A stretch of DNA of 64,000 nt from Callorhinchus milii (Eukaryota): assembly GCF_018977255.1 (NCBI RefSeq), contig NW_024704742.1, forward strand, positions 17,424,001 through 17,488,000, given 5' to 3'. Positions 50,660 to 63,568 of the stretch are shown here, in pieces. The notes beneath the pieces are model-generated. The model saw nothing but the letters and a program-made list of their open reading frames with translations. It was not told where the DNA came from and did not search any database. Made by a program: the position numbers and the translations under genes. How positions within the stretch are numbered: the stretch's first letter is position 1; every line of letters starts with the position of its first letter.

Positions 50660-51550
50660 TCCTGTGAGTCCCTGCAATCTGGCTTCTGACTTCCATACTA
50701 CTGAAGTGGACTCCCGAGATAGTCACAAACAACATGCTTTCTGTCTGTATCAGGGCTCTCTGTGCATCCTTATCTTCTACGATCTCTTTGCCACTTTCAA
50801 TACTATTGACAACGCCATTCTCCTCCATCATTTCTCCTTCCTGATATATCATGACACAATGGGCCAAATAGCCTACTTCTGTAATGTAACTGTTTCTCTG
50901 TGGCTCTGCAATTTCCTGGTTTCACTGCTATCTTCCCCAGTGTATTTACTTAGTCTCTTCTAATGGCTTATCCTCCTGCTTCTGTGGTGTTCCTCAGGGC
51001 TCTATCCTTGGTCCTCTCCTTTTCATCATCTGTAGGTTCACTCTTGGTGACATCATTTGCAGGCATGGAGTCCGCTTCCATTTATTTCTGTGAAAAATAT
51101 CTACTCTACCTTTTTGCCTCCACCTTCAATTTCAGGACCACTGCTGTTCTGTTCTGCTGTTCAGGGATCAAGTCCTGGCCAAACCTAAATTTTCTCCTAC
51201 TCTACGTTAACAAAATTGAGGCTATCATGCTCAGATCTTGCCATCGCCTCTTCATCTCAGTTGTTGACCATACTAACCTCTTTGGTAGCTCACCGAACCT
51301 GTATGGAACTTCTTTATTTTGTTCGATCCTCAACTATGACCAGACTTTGACTGAGTCCATTATTCTCCATTTCTGCAACATCACCCTCCTATGACACCAC
51401 TTCACTCTAATGCAGTGGAAACCCTTATCAATACCTTTGTCACCTACAGATTCAATATTTCCATTGCCCTGCTCGCTGGCTTTCAACCCTACACAGGTTC
51501 CCACCATCCCGAACTCCACACTCTGTATCCTTTCCCACACTGGGCTCCAT
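50660..51550 (+). mobile_element. Old L2 RT-region fragment
   Basis: GGTGTTCCTCAGGGCTCTATCCTTGGTCCTCTCCTTTTC (GVPQGSILGPLLF), DLFATFNTID, NFLLLYVNKIE. Confidence 0.8.
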
Positions 51551-53659
51551 GAGCCTGTTTAGGTGGATGTTAAAGATCTCAAGTAAAGAACTACAGGTAT
51601 TTGAAAAGAGAGGGGAATTTTCTCCAGTGCCTTAGCCAACAGTACTCCAGATAACTTGATCATTCACTTTAAGGAGGTAAGCATTACCTTGACGTACCTA
51701 AATTAGTTGTGTTTACAGTATATCCTGTGAAAGGTGCTATACCAAATAATAATAATAATAATCCTTGCAATTGATATAGAATGCACAGAATTCTTCACAG
51801 AATATGCTGTAAAGTGAATTGGCCGTATATTTGTGGGTGAAACGTAAGAATGTATTATTGTAAGGATTGTACAAATGTAAGGATTATCATTTATTTTATA
51901 TTGTGCCGACAAATTTACAGTCACTTCATTTGACAGCAGTGGCTTGTGAAACACTCTAAGATGGTTCGACATTATAAGTCCTATATATCAAATGCAAGAA
52001 TTATTATGTAGGATTGCTTAACTATCCTCCATGTAGAGCTGATATCTATGTGGGTTCCCATGGCAATCCTATTAATCTGGTGTTTGATCTTAAAATAAAA
52101 GTTATTGTAGATGAAGACAACCTGAATTAAATGGAGAAGATTGGCAGTGAATAGAGTATGGTGGGGGTGTTGAATCAATGAAAAAATAAATACCTCTCTA
52201 AATCAGATTGGGTTTCAGTAAATAACTTACTTTCATCGGAAACGTTAAACTGTCCGAGTGCCTTTGTGAGGCATTGCAGCTTCAGGCAATAGATTAATGG
52301 CTCCTATTCTTAACCACGTAAATGGCAGTTGTTCATCAAAACAGGTCAGTTCTCTCGTTATTCAATCGCTACTATAGCCCAGCCAGTGTAAGTGTCAGGA
52401 AGGTGTCCCATTATTGTAAATAATTGTACTACATGTTTTGTACTTAAATGTATACCCCAGAGAGGTGTGGGCTGGTGGGGGAGAGGGAATTGTAACAATC
52501 TGTTATGCACTGTTAAACTGCACTTATGTCATACTTTCTTGAGTAATGCCCTTTTCTTTTGATTTTTAATTTAAATAATTTATTATTTTTTTAAAAAGCC
52601 AGGGACCTTGACTTTATACAGTATTCAAGAATAAGTGGAAGTAATGTCATCTGCTTCCTCTTTTTTAAAAAATTTAAATCCTGTGGAGAGCTTTGAGACA
52701 TCCTCCCAACGTGAAAGGCTCCCTATCGAATGCAAGGAACATTATTATTAATAATAAAAGCCACTTCTCAACCGTGAGGATACAACGTGTATAGAAGAAC
52801 TTTACAATTTTTAGTGGATGGAATGGACAAAAAGTCTGGCATTGAGAGATTTCTCCTCAAATATTAACCAACTTGTTCCTTCAGATGGTTAATGGCCATT
52901 TTCATTAGTTTGTACAGCACTTGCTCTCAGTGCTATCATTAGTTATAAACGGGAAGGTAACTGCGGCCAAATACCATCACTGATGGGAGATTTATTTTCC
53001 ACTTGCTGTTAAATTATCATTGAAGAGAAATCTGGACGGATTTCTAAAGGAGGAGAGGATCAACAGCGACAGATTGGGAGGCTAATTTACCATGTGATGC
53101 CAATTGTGATAGAACAGGTTAAAGTGGAATTAAACAATGTCTTCGTGTTAGTGATGGCTCAGCCATATTCTGCAGCTCAGTCGACTGCTTCGGGGAAAAT
53201 GGGAGGAATTTTTCAGCTAAACTAATTACAGGGGTGGCAGTGGGAAGAATAGGACATATTTATCAAAAGAAGAATTGCATGATGGACCTCCAGAAATTCC
53301 TCTCTGATTCCCAAAGGAGGTCAAGCAAGCAACACAAAAGCGCTAGTCAATATCCACCCTGCCATGGTCCAATTAATGGTAAAAGATTTGACCCAGTTGT
53401 TCAGAGTTAGAAGGCCAAATTATTCCACCCTTTCAAATGAATATTGGTGATCATGGGGTTGGAAGTGGAACACCATTTGAAAACCAACTTGACGATTTCA
53501 CACGACCGCCCGCCTGGCGCGAGGCCCAAACCGCCCACCTGGCGCGAGGCCCAAACCACCCGCCTGCGCGAGGCCCAAACGCCAGCGAGGCCAAGCAAGG
53601 CTCAAGGCTAGCACCGGCGTGGAGTCTGATGCCCCAAACGGCATCCAGATCCAACGAGG

Positions 53660-53890
53660 GGATTTTTGTCACACAGTGAGTTGTTCGGATCTGGAATGCA
53701 TTGCCTGAAAGGATGGTCGAAGCCGATTCGATAACAACTTTTAAGAGAGAAGTAGATAATTATTTGGGAGGACAGGTTTGCAGAGCTATGGGGAGAGAGC
53801 AGAGCCTGGAATTGAATTGGATAGCTCTTTTCAAAGAGCCATCACAGACACGGTGGGCCGAATGACCTCCTTCTGTGCTGTATGATTCCA
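53660..53890 (+). mobile_element. CR1 3' end
   Basis: TCTGGAATGCATTGCCTGAAAGGATGGT...TGGGCCGAATGACCTCCTTCTGTGCTGTATGATTC. Confidence 0.8.
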
Positions 53891-54613
53891 GTTAAGTAAA
53901 GCTAGGCTCAGCATTACAGGCAGAGCAGAAATACAATACCTATTATGCAGTATAAAAATTTCATTTGCACATTGGTGTGTTACACGTGTACAGATGTTGG
54001 ACTGAATCAATTCAGTTTAAGCCTCTTATAGCGTTCAGTTCAGACAAGAGTATTACCAGTGATGTTTATCCACAGCCATGTGACGTGCAAAGCTGCAGCA
54101 TCAATTGGTAAGACATTCCAGCCATGATTTTCCCTTGTGTGCATTCACAATGTGGAATTCGGTTGTCACTCTCTTTCCCCACCCCACCCCCCTCTCCCCC
54201 TTATCTCCCATCACTTTTCTTCAAAGCAGAACTGAAACTTATTTATAAGTATCAATCAACCTCAGAGAAGAGTATGTGAATGTTAGGAAGTTAGAGTGAA
54301 GGACTAGTGCTATTGAATGCTTTCATAACATATAAAGTGTGATTCTTTTAGTTTTAAAAATTGATAGCAACTTATTATGACCCATTTATTTGAATTAGTT
54401 CATTCTGGAGAATGGGTGGGTGAGGGGGGAGGGTATTACTGTACTTATTAAAGATATTTCAGGGGAGCAGAATACTGAGGTGCTCAATAAAGAACCTGAT
54501 TAATTCTTGAGATAGTTATATTTAGACCACATGGTGATGAAATGAAATATTGAGCACAAAATATAAAATTATGAAATCCCATGGAATAGATTGTACATTT
54601 TTTTTATAAACAA

Positions 54614-55036
54614 GGAGTCTTGTAGCTCAGTGGTAGGGCACTTGCTCACAAGCGAGAGACCTGGGTTCGATTCCTAGCAGGGCAAACCTTGGGCAAGTTT
54701 CCTTACTCCACATGCCTGATAATAATCCCTCAAGAAAAAAAACAATAATAAAAAAAATTGGTCACTTATGTTATGAAAGCATTCAATAGCACCGGTCCCT
54801 CACTCTAGCTTACTAACATTCACATACTCTTCTCTGAGGTTGATCGATATTTATAAATAAGTTTTAGTTCTGCTTTCCACTTCAATCCACGACATTTTGT
54901 GGGACACTGCTGTGCGCAATTGGCTGCCGAATTTTACCCACAAATATACAGTCAGTTCACTTTACAGTATATTCTGTAAAGTGCTAGAAAACATGAAAAG
55001 CATTATATCAAATGCAAGGATTATTATATTATTATT
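54614..55036 (+). mobile_element. Full-length tRNA-derived SINE carrying a 110-bp inverted insert of local flank
   Basis: Head, body and tail as at 31401, with a foreign insert at 54767-54876. Confidence 0.9.
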
Positions 55037-57949
55037 AACCAAATGTATTGCAGATTGTCTAAGAATTATATTTGGATGAATGATTTTTCTTATGGACTTG
55101 TGTTGTAAAGCAGGCATGCAATCGAGTAATAATAATCCTTGCATTTGATATAGTGCTTTTCACGTCGGGAGGACGTCCCAAAGTGCTTCACAGAACACAC
55201 TGTAAAGTGAATTGACTGTATGTCTGGTACACAGTCAGCAAGCTATCTGCTTTGGGTATTACATGTTCAGTCTGGCTAGCATCTTAAAAAAAATTATGCT
55301 GTAGATCAATCAAAATTAGACTTGAATGTCTTGGATCAGATGTATTGAAGACAATTCTTTATCACCTCTTTTGTCTTTTGACTCTCTAAAACATTTAAAC
55401 AGGCTGTTCATAATTCACATTTATTTAAAGAAGATAGCTATAAAGAAAACTTGCCTGTGTGTCTCTCATCTATCCCACAGATGGGGATTAGTTTGTCTGC
55501 AGCTCAGGCATTTAGTAGAATGTCTACCTTCTCAGAATTTAACAACATTGACTTACATAAGAACATAAGAATTGCCAGACGAAAGAAGACCAAAGTCTCA
55601 TCCAATTTGCCTTCCACCATCCTAGCAGTGGCATACACGTGTCATGTCCCAAACTATATTCTGTATTCCAAGGTATTAGTTTGTATAAGATCTATTTAAT
55701 TTGCTTTTGAAAAATTGATGCTTTCTGCTTCCACCATCTTCCTAAGGAGCATGTTCCATACATTTACTACTTGCTCACTGAAATAGTGTTTCCACAGATT
55801 TGTTTATAATTTACCCCCCTTCACCCTGTTTATATAACCCCTTCCACATAAAATATACGTCCTGAAGCAATTTACAAACTTAGATGAAATGGAGACAAAG
55901 TGAATATTGTTTTCAGGTGAACGTGACAGCTAATTTGTACCAGCAGCACCCTACAAATAACAATGAGGTGATTATCTTCAGTTAAGACTTTTAAACCGAG
56001 GTTGTGTCTGTCTGTTCAGGTGGACATTGAAGATCCCATGACACTACTTGAAAAGTGAAAGGAGTTTCTACCGGTGTCCTGGTCAACAATCCCCCAAATA
56101 AAATTGGTTATTCACTCTATGGCTGTTTGTGCTGTACACATTGGTTGTCACATTCATTTATAACTACACAGACACGTATATTTCATAGTTTATTGAGTTT
56201 GCTGGTCTCAGCCAGGCTGTGCATGCTAAATTGGCCAGGCCTTCGTAGTTTTAGGGCGGGGAAAAGCAGGCATGGTGCATGCTTCTTGGCCCTTTATGGC
56301 ACCCTCTATTGGTGATGTACATGTATAGCAGTAGGTGAGGAGGGTTCAGGCTCAACCATGATAACCTCTGACCTCCCAATGCTCACTGCCACAGCTCACA
56401 CATGAAAAATGCTTACCTCAGACAGATTACCAGCAACTGTGGAAGCCCAATCCAGCATGAAAAGGCTGGGGACCAGGAGCAGAGGGACATTCCAATAGGG
56501 GAGAAAAATAAGAGGGCACGCTATTTTTTTCTAAAAAAAACTATAAATAAATAATTTCCTATGTGAATTGATTAAGATTACTATCAATAATGAGTTGGAG
56601 TTACTGTATTCTCTGCTTGTGCTCAAAATTCTACATGAGGGATCAATGGAAACACCCAGCGCAGAAACGATGGGCTGAATGGCCTCCTGTGCTGTATAAT
56701 TCTATGAATACTGATTGCTCAGTAAAGACTTGTCAGCTTCCCTCAGTGGAAGACTCTAGCCTCCGAGTTAGAAGGTTGGGTTCAATCCCCAAATTCGGAC
56801 TTGGAATCACATGTAAAGTGCTGGGACATCCTCCTGATGTGAAGAGTCTATGCAATTTGTTGTTGTTGACCATCAAATGCAAGGCTTATTTATTCATGAC
56901 ACATTACCATGTTTGGTAAATGTAATAATAAGCATAGAATGACCAATGGCCTTTTTCTTCCCCTCCCTCCATACAATGCAAATACCCAAACTCACTTAAC
57001 ACTTAGGCCACAGTGTAAAGACGCATTACTTGTCAATCTCACACAATGAGGGGAAGGCATATATGGAAATAAATATGTTACTGGTGTAGCAGAATCTGCT
57101 TCTCTGAGGTCTTAGAGTGGCCTATTGTAAGGGCAAAGTAGAGAGTGCTTTCCTCTGCATTCAGCCCATCCGGTTTCTGATCTAAGATTGCATGATGTTT
57201 ACACTGAGTATTCATGGTGGTAAAGTGGGTTCCATTCTCTGCCAATGACATTTTATTGTGATAAGCAGAAAATCCACTATACGCACACACACTTAAATCA
57301 AAGTAAAATACTCTAGGGAAACCTGCATGACTGCCAAGGCTAATAATCTCCTGAAAATGCTTCTCTGTGGAGTCGTGCCTATCTGCTACCACACACAACC
57401 AGTCAGTGGGTGGATCTTTACCGCAGATGTCAGACTCTGTGTTGCTCGTATATTCCATGTGCTATCTACCATTACGAGCCATGGGAGGAAATGCAAATAA
57501 CAGCAAATTGCGGGGGTCTGTGAAATTAGAGGAGGAAACAAAGGTCTTACAAAGAGAACATGGTGGAGTATGCATGTGGGCTGACAATTGCCTAATTAAA
57601 AGCAATACAGATAAATGCAAGAAAAAAATCCACGACTGTTTGTTGGACACTGCTGTGCATAATTGGCTGCCATGTTTCGCCCACAAGAAACACAGTCAAA
57701 TCACTTTACAGTATATTCTGTGAAGCGCTTTGAGACGGCTCAACAATGTGATAAAGTGCTATATCAAATATCAAATGCAAAGATTATTCTTATTTATTAT
57801 TATTTAACATTTATTATTAAATAAGAATAGGAGATATTTCTCTTCATGGGGGGATTCTGAAGATATTTAGGGTTGTTAATTGACTCATCATACACCATCA
57901 AAACAGTCTTCGTGAAAGGCGCTCTATAAATGAAATCTTGTTGTTGTTG

Positions 57950-58400
57950 TTGTGCCAAATCATTTGGGGTCAGATCCCCAGAAGTAATACTCAAACCGTA
58001 TAGTAATCTGGTCAATTACTATACCTGAATGCCTGTGTCCAGTTCTGGTCCCCATAACGTAAGGGGTTGCCCAGGCTCTAAAGGCAGCACAAAGGAGACA
58101 ATGAAAATAATGACCAATTTTAGAGGAAACGAGGAACAATTAGACAAGCTAGTGCACTTAAGGCTTGAAAGGAGACGTCTCAGAGGGGACCTTGTTGAGG
58201 TATTCAAGATTTCAAGTGGGATTGAGAAAGTACAACAACTTTTTTTTTCAGATGCCCCAAGACAGTAGAACAGGAGGATCTCTGATTACAGTTGCGAAGC
58301 ATAATTTCAGGACAGATATCAGGGAGTATTTCTTTACTCCGAGGATAAATAACAACTAGAACAGGTTACCAGGAAGAGTGTTTGAGGCCATTTTGACGCC
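57950..58400 (+). mobile_element. CR1 LINE fragment
   Basis: LERRRLRGDLVEVFKI; FRTDIREYFFTPRI. Confidence 0.85.
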
Positions 58401-58447
58401 ATCATGTGACAACGGGACGCTGGATATTCTGGAAGGGTGAGATCAAA

Positions 58448-58727
58448 TCCTGTAGCTCAGTGGTTAGAGCACTCGCCTCGCAAGCGAGAGACCTTTCGAT
58501 TCCGCGCAGGGTGAAACAGTGGGCAAGTTTCCTTACTCCACATGCCTCTGTTTACCTAGCAGTAAGTAGGAACCCGGTTGTTTGTGGGATACTGCTGTGC
58601 ACAATTGGCTGCTGCATTTCGCCTACAAAATGCATAGCCAATTCACTTTACAGGATATTCTGTGAAGCGCTTTAAGGCGTCTCGAAGACGTGATAAGGCA
58701 CTATATCACCTGCAAGGATTATTATTA
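58448..58727 (+). mobile_element. tRNA-derived SINE, variant central region
   Basis: Head as at 31401, with centre GCCTCTGTTTACCTAGCAGTAAGTAGGAACCCGG. Confidence 0.88.
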
Positions 58728-59464
58728 AATGAGTTCAAAGGCCTTCTTCATCTGAACCAATCTTGTCGGGTTCTGATGTGATCACATCATGTTTCACCTT
58801 TCTTGTTCTCCCCATGTATTATACATAAGTCCAGAGATGCCTCTTAAGTATTTGATTGATTTGCAGCCAAAGCCATCAGGGACAGATATTAAAACAGTAA
58901 AGATGTCCCTATCCCCAACCTAATCAGTATGAACACACATAACTGTATCGTGCACAGTATTGTTGCCTTATGAAAATCCTTGTCATTCAGGATAATTCTA
59001 CATTAGGTCAGTGTCTTCCCCAGATCACAAGTTTCTCCTGAATACCACACAGTTTACCCCAGCGATGTCCTTATAAGATCCTAAATCATTTTCCTACAAT
59101 TTTTGTTAAACTGAAAACACACTCAGAAACCAATGGAAAGAGTGAATTTCATATCAGGGTATTTTGTTAAATAGTATTCCTTGCATTTGAATCAGTATCT
59201 GTAATGTCAAATTGTCTTAAAGCACTTCACAGATAATTGCTGTAAAGTGCAGTGATTGTGTATTTGTAAATAAATTATGTACTTGTTATCGGGGGGTGGG
59301 GAGCTGGATGAACTAAATAAATAAAAGGGGAATAAAGAGTAACAGGTCTTATCCCTCCAAGTCCATTTCTGTAATAATTACAATACAATACGAATTTACA
59401 TAGCATCTTTCATGTTAGGAGGATGTCCCAAAGTGCAGAAAAGTTTAAGGTTTGCAGCTGAGCT

Positions 59465-59773
59465 GGAGTCCTGTAGCTCAGTGGTTAGAGCACTCGCCTC
59501 ACAAGCGAGAGGTCCTGGGTTCCCGGGCAGGGCGAAACCTTAGGCAAGTTTCCCTCCTCCAGAAGTTGGAACCCAGCTGTTAGTCGATTGGCGGATCCCT
59601 TTATGGGAATAATAATCCCTTCAAAAAATAATTGGTCACTCAATCCACGAGTGTTTATGTGACACTGCTGTGTGCAATTGGTTGCCGGATTTGCCAATTC
59701 TGGGAAGCGTTTTGAGATGTCTCAACAATGTGATAAGGCATTATATCAAATGCAGATTATTATTGATTATTAT
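59465..59773 (+). mobile_element. tRNA-derived SINE, third central-region variant
   Basis: Head as at 31401, with centre GGAACCCAGCTGTTAGTCGATTGGCGGATCCC. Confidence 0.88.
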
Positions 59774-60989
59774 GAGCTGGGGGTTGGTAAATTAAGCATG
59801 GTGGCTTTCTGGTTCAGGGTAAGGTCTAAATCAAAATGTTCGTCTATAATAAAGGAAGTGAGCAGGAGAATGGGGTAAGACTGAGTAGCTCACTTGGAGA
59901 AAAACACCAGTATAAAATTGATGAATCAAATGGCCTATTTCTGTGCTGTAACATTTTGTGAGCTTATGAATACAGGAACCACTCTAGTCACAAGATGATT
60001 GGGAATTGTAGTAAGAATGGAGTTATTTTTGGTGGTCTGATCACATGCTCCTTCCTTCTCCCCATCCCCTAGTGTTTCATCATATTAGAGAAGAGTTCTC
60101 TGTTCTCTGTCTTGTGATAAAATAAATCACTTTTGATTCAATAATGTTCAGCACAGAGACAACACTGTTCTGCTGGTGCTCCACACATGGGGAGATTATG
60201 GCTGCTAGATATGGTGCATGTGGTGTATTAGCATCAATATTAATAGAACCAAGCAACCTAAAAACTATTAATAGCAATATTTGGCCTATCTACTTAGTGG
60301 CTTCAGGGCAGATCAAACACTATTTGCAACAACTGGTAGGTAACCAGCCAAGTGCACAAACATCTTGACAAGGCACTTCTTCATTGTAACAAAGACAACA
60401 ATGTTAGCAGTGTATTTCACTATCAACAGGAAAAGTCCTTTGTTTTTATTGTCATTCATCGATGACTGTGGTTGTGTGAGGAAGTAGCTGACAAAGGTAG
60501 ATGGTTATGGATAGACAAACATAGATTAATTTATGTTATGACTGCCTCCTCCCACTATCCTCATTCCCTTTCTAAGATGGCTTGCATACAAAATGAACTT
60601 TCCGCCAAGCCCCCACTGCCTGTTCATCCATGTGTTACTGCTTACTTCCTTACCTGATTGGACCTCTCCTGCTTCTGCTCCTGACTTTCTCAGTGGGCAC
60701 TGACTGTTTCAACCTGACTCAGTTGGTAGCACTCATGTGTCCGAGTTAGAAAGTTAAAGATTCATGTGCTTCACTGAGACTTTGAACTCATCTCCTAGGC
60801 TGACACTCTGATACAGAGTGGAAGGAATGCTGCAGTGTTAGAGGTGCTGAACTTCAGATGTGATGTCATGTCTGCCTGTTCAGGTATATATGTTAACTGT
60901 TAAAAGATCCTATGATACTAGTTGAAAAGATGATGATCTGTCCAACAATCCTCCAGATTGGCCTTCAGTACGTGCCAAATAGTAGGCTT

Positions 60990-62030
60990 GTGGCTAAAAT
61001 AAGGACAATGTGGAATTAAAGGAGAGGTAGGAGAATGGATTGAAAGGTTTCTAGCAAGCAGAGAAAAGGATAACTTCTCCAACTGCCAAAAGTAGCTTGT
61101 GGTGCTCCGCAGGGGTCCTTGCTAGGGTTATTACTGTTCATTATGTACATAATGACTTGGACTCAGATACAGATAGTGTTGCACTTCGTAGGTGATAGGA
61201 AAGAGATGTGTTGCAAATAATGAGGAAGGTTGCTAAAAGATGCAGGAAGACATAAATGTCAGGATGGGCAAATAGGTGGCAGATGGAGTTAAATGTAGAA
61301 AAGTGTGATTTACTTTGGTAGGAGGAATAAAGAACCTAAGAGGAGTAGCGGAGCAAAGAGATCCTTGGATTTAGGTTATTAAAGTCTCTAAAACTAACAA
61401 CATAGGTGGATAATGTCAGAAAGAACACAAATTGAGTCATAGGCTTTATGTCCAGAGGAATAGAATGTAAAATCAATGAAGTAATGTTGAATTAATATAA
61501 AATCTTGGTTAGACTACATTTGGAATGGAGTTTTGCTCACTATACTACAGGAAGGATATTGTGGCAATGGAAAAATGCCGTGTAGATTTACTCGGCTGTT
61601 ATTACCAGGGATGAGAGGATACAGCTGTTAGGGAAGTCGAGATAGGTTAGCACTTTTTACCCTGGAGATGAAATGATTGAGAAGCAAATCTGATGGAAGT
61701 GTTTAAAATTATTAAAGTATTCAAAAAGATGAACATAAATAGATTGCTTCCACGTGTTGGTGAGGGCCCGTAAGATAGACTCTAACAGCCACTATCAGTG
61801 CCTCTGACTCGCTTGCTCCCTCACCTCATTCAAAGTTTTCTTCATCATGCTTTTGTTCATTTTTATATTGAAGGTATCAATGTATTTAAGAGAAAACTTG
61901 ATGTAGACATGAAAGAGAAAGGCATAAAGGGTATGGGGCTGGCTAGAGAAAGGTGATTTGGATCGCTGAAGGTTTATATGAGCATAAACACTAACATGGA
62001 CAAGTTGGGCTGAACAGCATGTATATATGG
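60990..62030 (+). mobile_element. Old ~1-kb CR1 LINE 3' fragment
   Basis: GGTGCTCCGCAGGGGTCCTTGCTAGGG (decayed PQGSxLG), AATAGGTGGCAGATGGAGTTAAATGTAGAAAAGTGTGA (WQMEFNxxKC-like), and a CR1-type 3' end at ~62000. Confidence 0.8.
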
Positions 62031-63551
62031 CATGTTGACCTACAAATAGACAAATTTCAAAAACCTCTGTGAAGCACTTTGTGAGGTTATAGGTGCTGTA
62101 CAGAAAACAGAGATCATTATCCACCACGCTTTCTCAAGAGTGATAAATCAGAGTGCAAATTCACAAACCTGCTTGAAAAATATTTTAGAATTAAAAGGCC
62201 TGCATTAAAAAAAGGCTGTTAAATAATCAGAAAGTGAATATAGTTAAAGTTTTCAAGGAAACATACATTGCAGTTCATTGTGGTCGAAATTGCAGGAGCT
62301 ACAAAGGGATTTATTACTAGTGAATCCAGGATGTGCTTGTAGGTCTCTGGAATGTTGGTCGCCAATCCCTAATCTGACCTCCGTGATGTTGGCATCTAAG
62401 TAGAAATTTGAGAACTGCTGGTAATTGGAATTGGCAGTGATGCTTGACTGAATGGACATAAACATCAATTGACTTGCTTTTATGCACATGCTATTGAGTG
62501 GGTGGAACGTGGGACTTTGTTGCAGGAACAGTAGGTTAGCTGTAGATTCATTTTAACTTAACCCAGCAGTTAAAGGTAGTAACAGCTGTTCAAGATATTC
62601 CTCCTGCGCTGACATGACAGGAACTACCTGTTGCTGACTTGCTCTCACTTGATGTGAGTGAGTATGTAATGCGTAGGAGTCTGTGGTTGAGGTCTCTCAT
62701 GTTTCCTCCTCTGGGCCATGTCAGATTTCACATAATTTTCCTTTTAACAGAATTAATCCTTTCTTCCTGTGATGTCCTGTTCGGTCCTGTTGGGATTGAA
62801 AATTTGTTGCTCGCAAACTGGAACTCGCTGAATTCTTAATCCCAATCTGTTCCCCACGGTGGTGGTGGTGTTTGGGGGAGAGGGGTGGCTGGGAGACAGA
62901 ATGGTAATTACTAAATGGATTTGTAACTTTCTGACTGACCAAGTTAGAAACCCATCTCATATAATTCATATTTCTTCTTTTTACTATACAATGTTATACT
63001 ATACAATGTTCTTATTCTCATTGTTCCCTCTGTTAGAACATACCAGAGCAGTATTAAAGGTTGCTACATGTTATTTCTTTAAATAGCAGTAACATGTTAA
63101 GTTGTTATTCAGACAGGCTGGTCAGAAAGGTAGTTGGCTGCAATGTTTGAAAGATGGTGATCAGTAATAGTGCTTAGTTGTTATGCAAAACAGTTGGCCT
63201 AGTGGCCAGACAGAATAAACCACAAGGTCTCAGGCAGGAGGCCAAGGACGAATATGACAATAATAAGACCATATAAAGAACTGATGGTCACAAGAGGAAT
63301 AGGGAAATTATCAGGCCTTGCGACCCTGAGAGAAGTCAGGTGGTTTTTATCCTATTATAGCAGCTGTGCAGTAACTCTCAAAACAAGATAAGGAACGAAC
63401 ACATGAAGAACATCTAATTTGGGGGGAAATACACGTGATAAAAGGGTAATGCTTAAGCAAAGCAAAGCATGGTTCAAGACTATAAAGGGTGAACCAAAAA
63501 TTACAGTAGCTCGAGAAGGGGCCACATATAAGGAGAAGTAGTTCAGGCGTT

Positions 63552-63568
63552 GTGCCATCTACTGTCCA
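63552..63568 (-). promoter_or_regulatory. Candidate CTCF site
   Basis: Minus strand TGGACAGTAGATGGCAC has one mismatch to CCASYAGRKGGCRS. Motif match only. Confidence 0.3.

Noticed and set aside
63110..63330. Faint resemblance to LF-SINE-type ancient repeat (GTCTCAGGCAGGAGGCCAAGGA)
   Set aside because: Similarity is too short to support without an HMM search.
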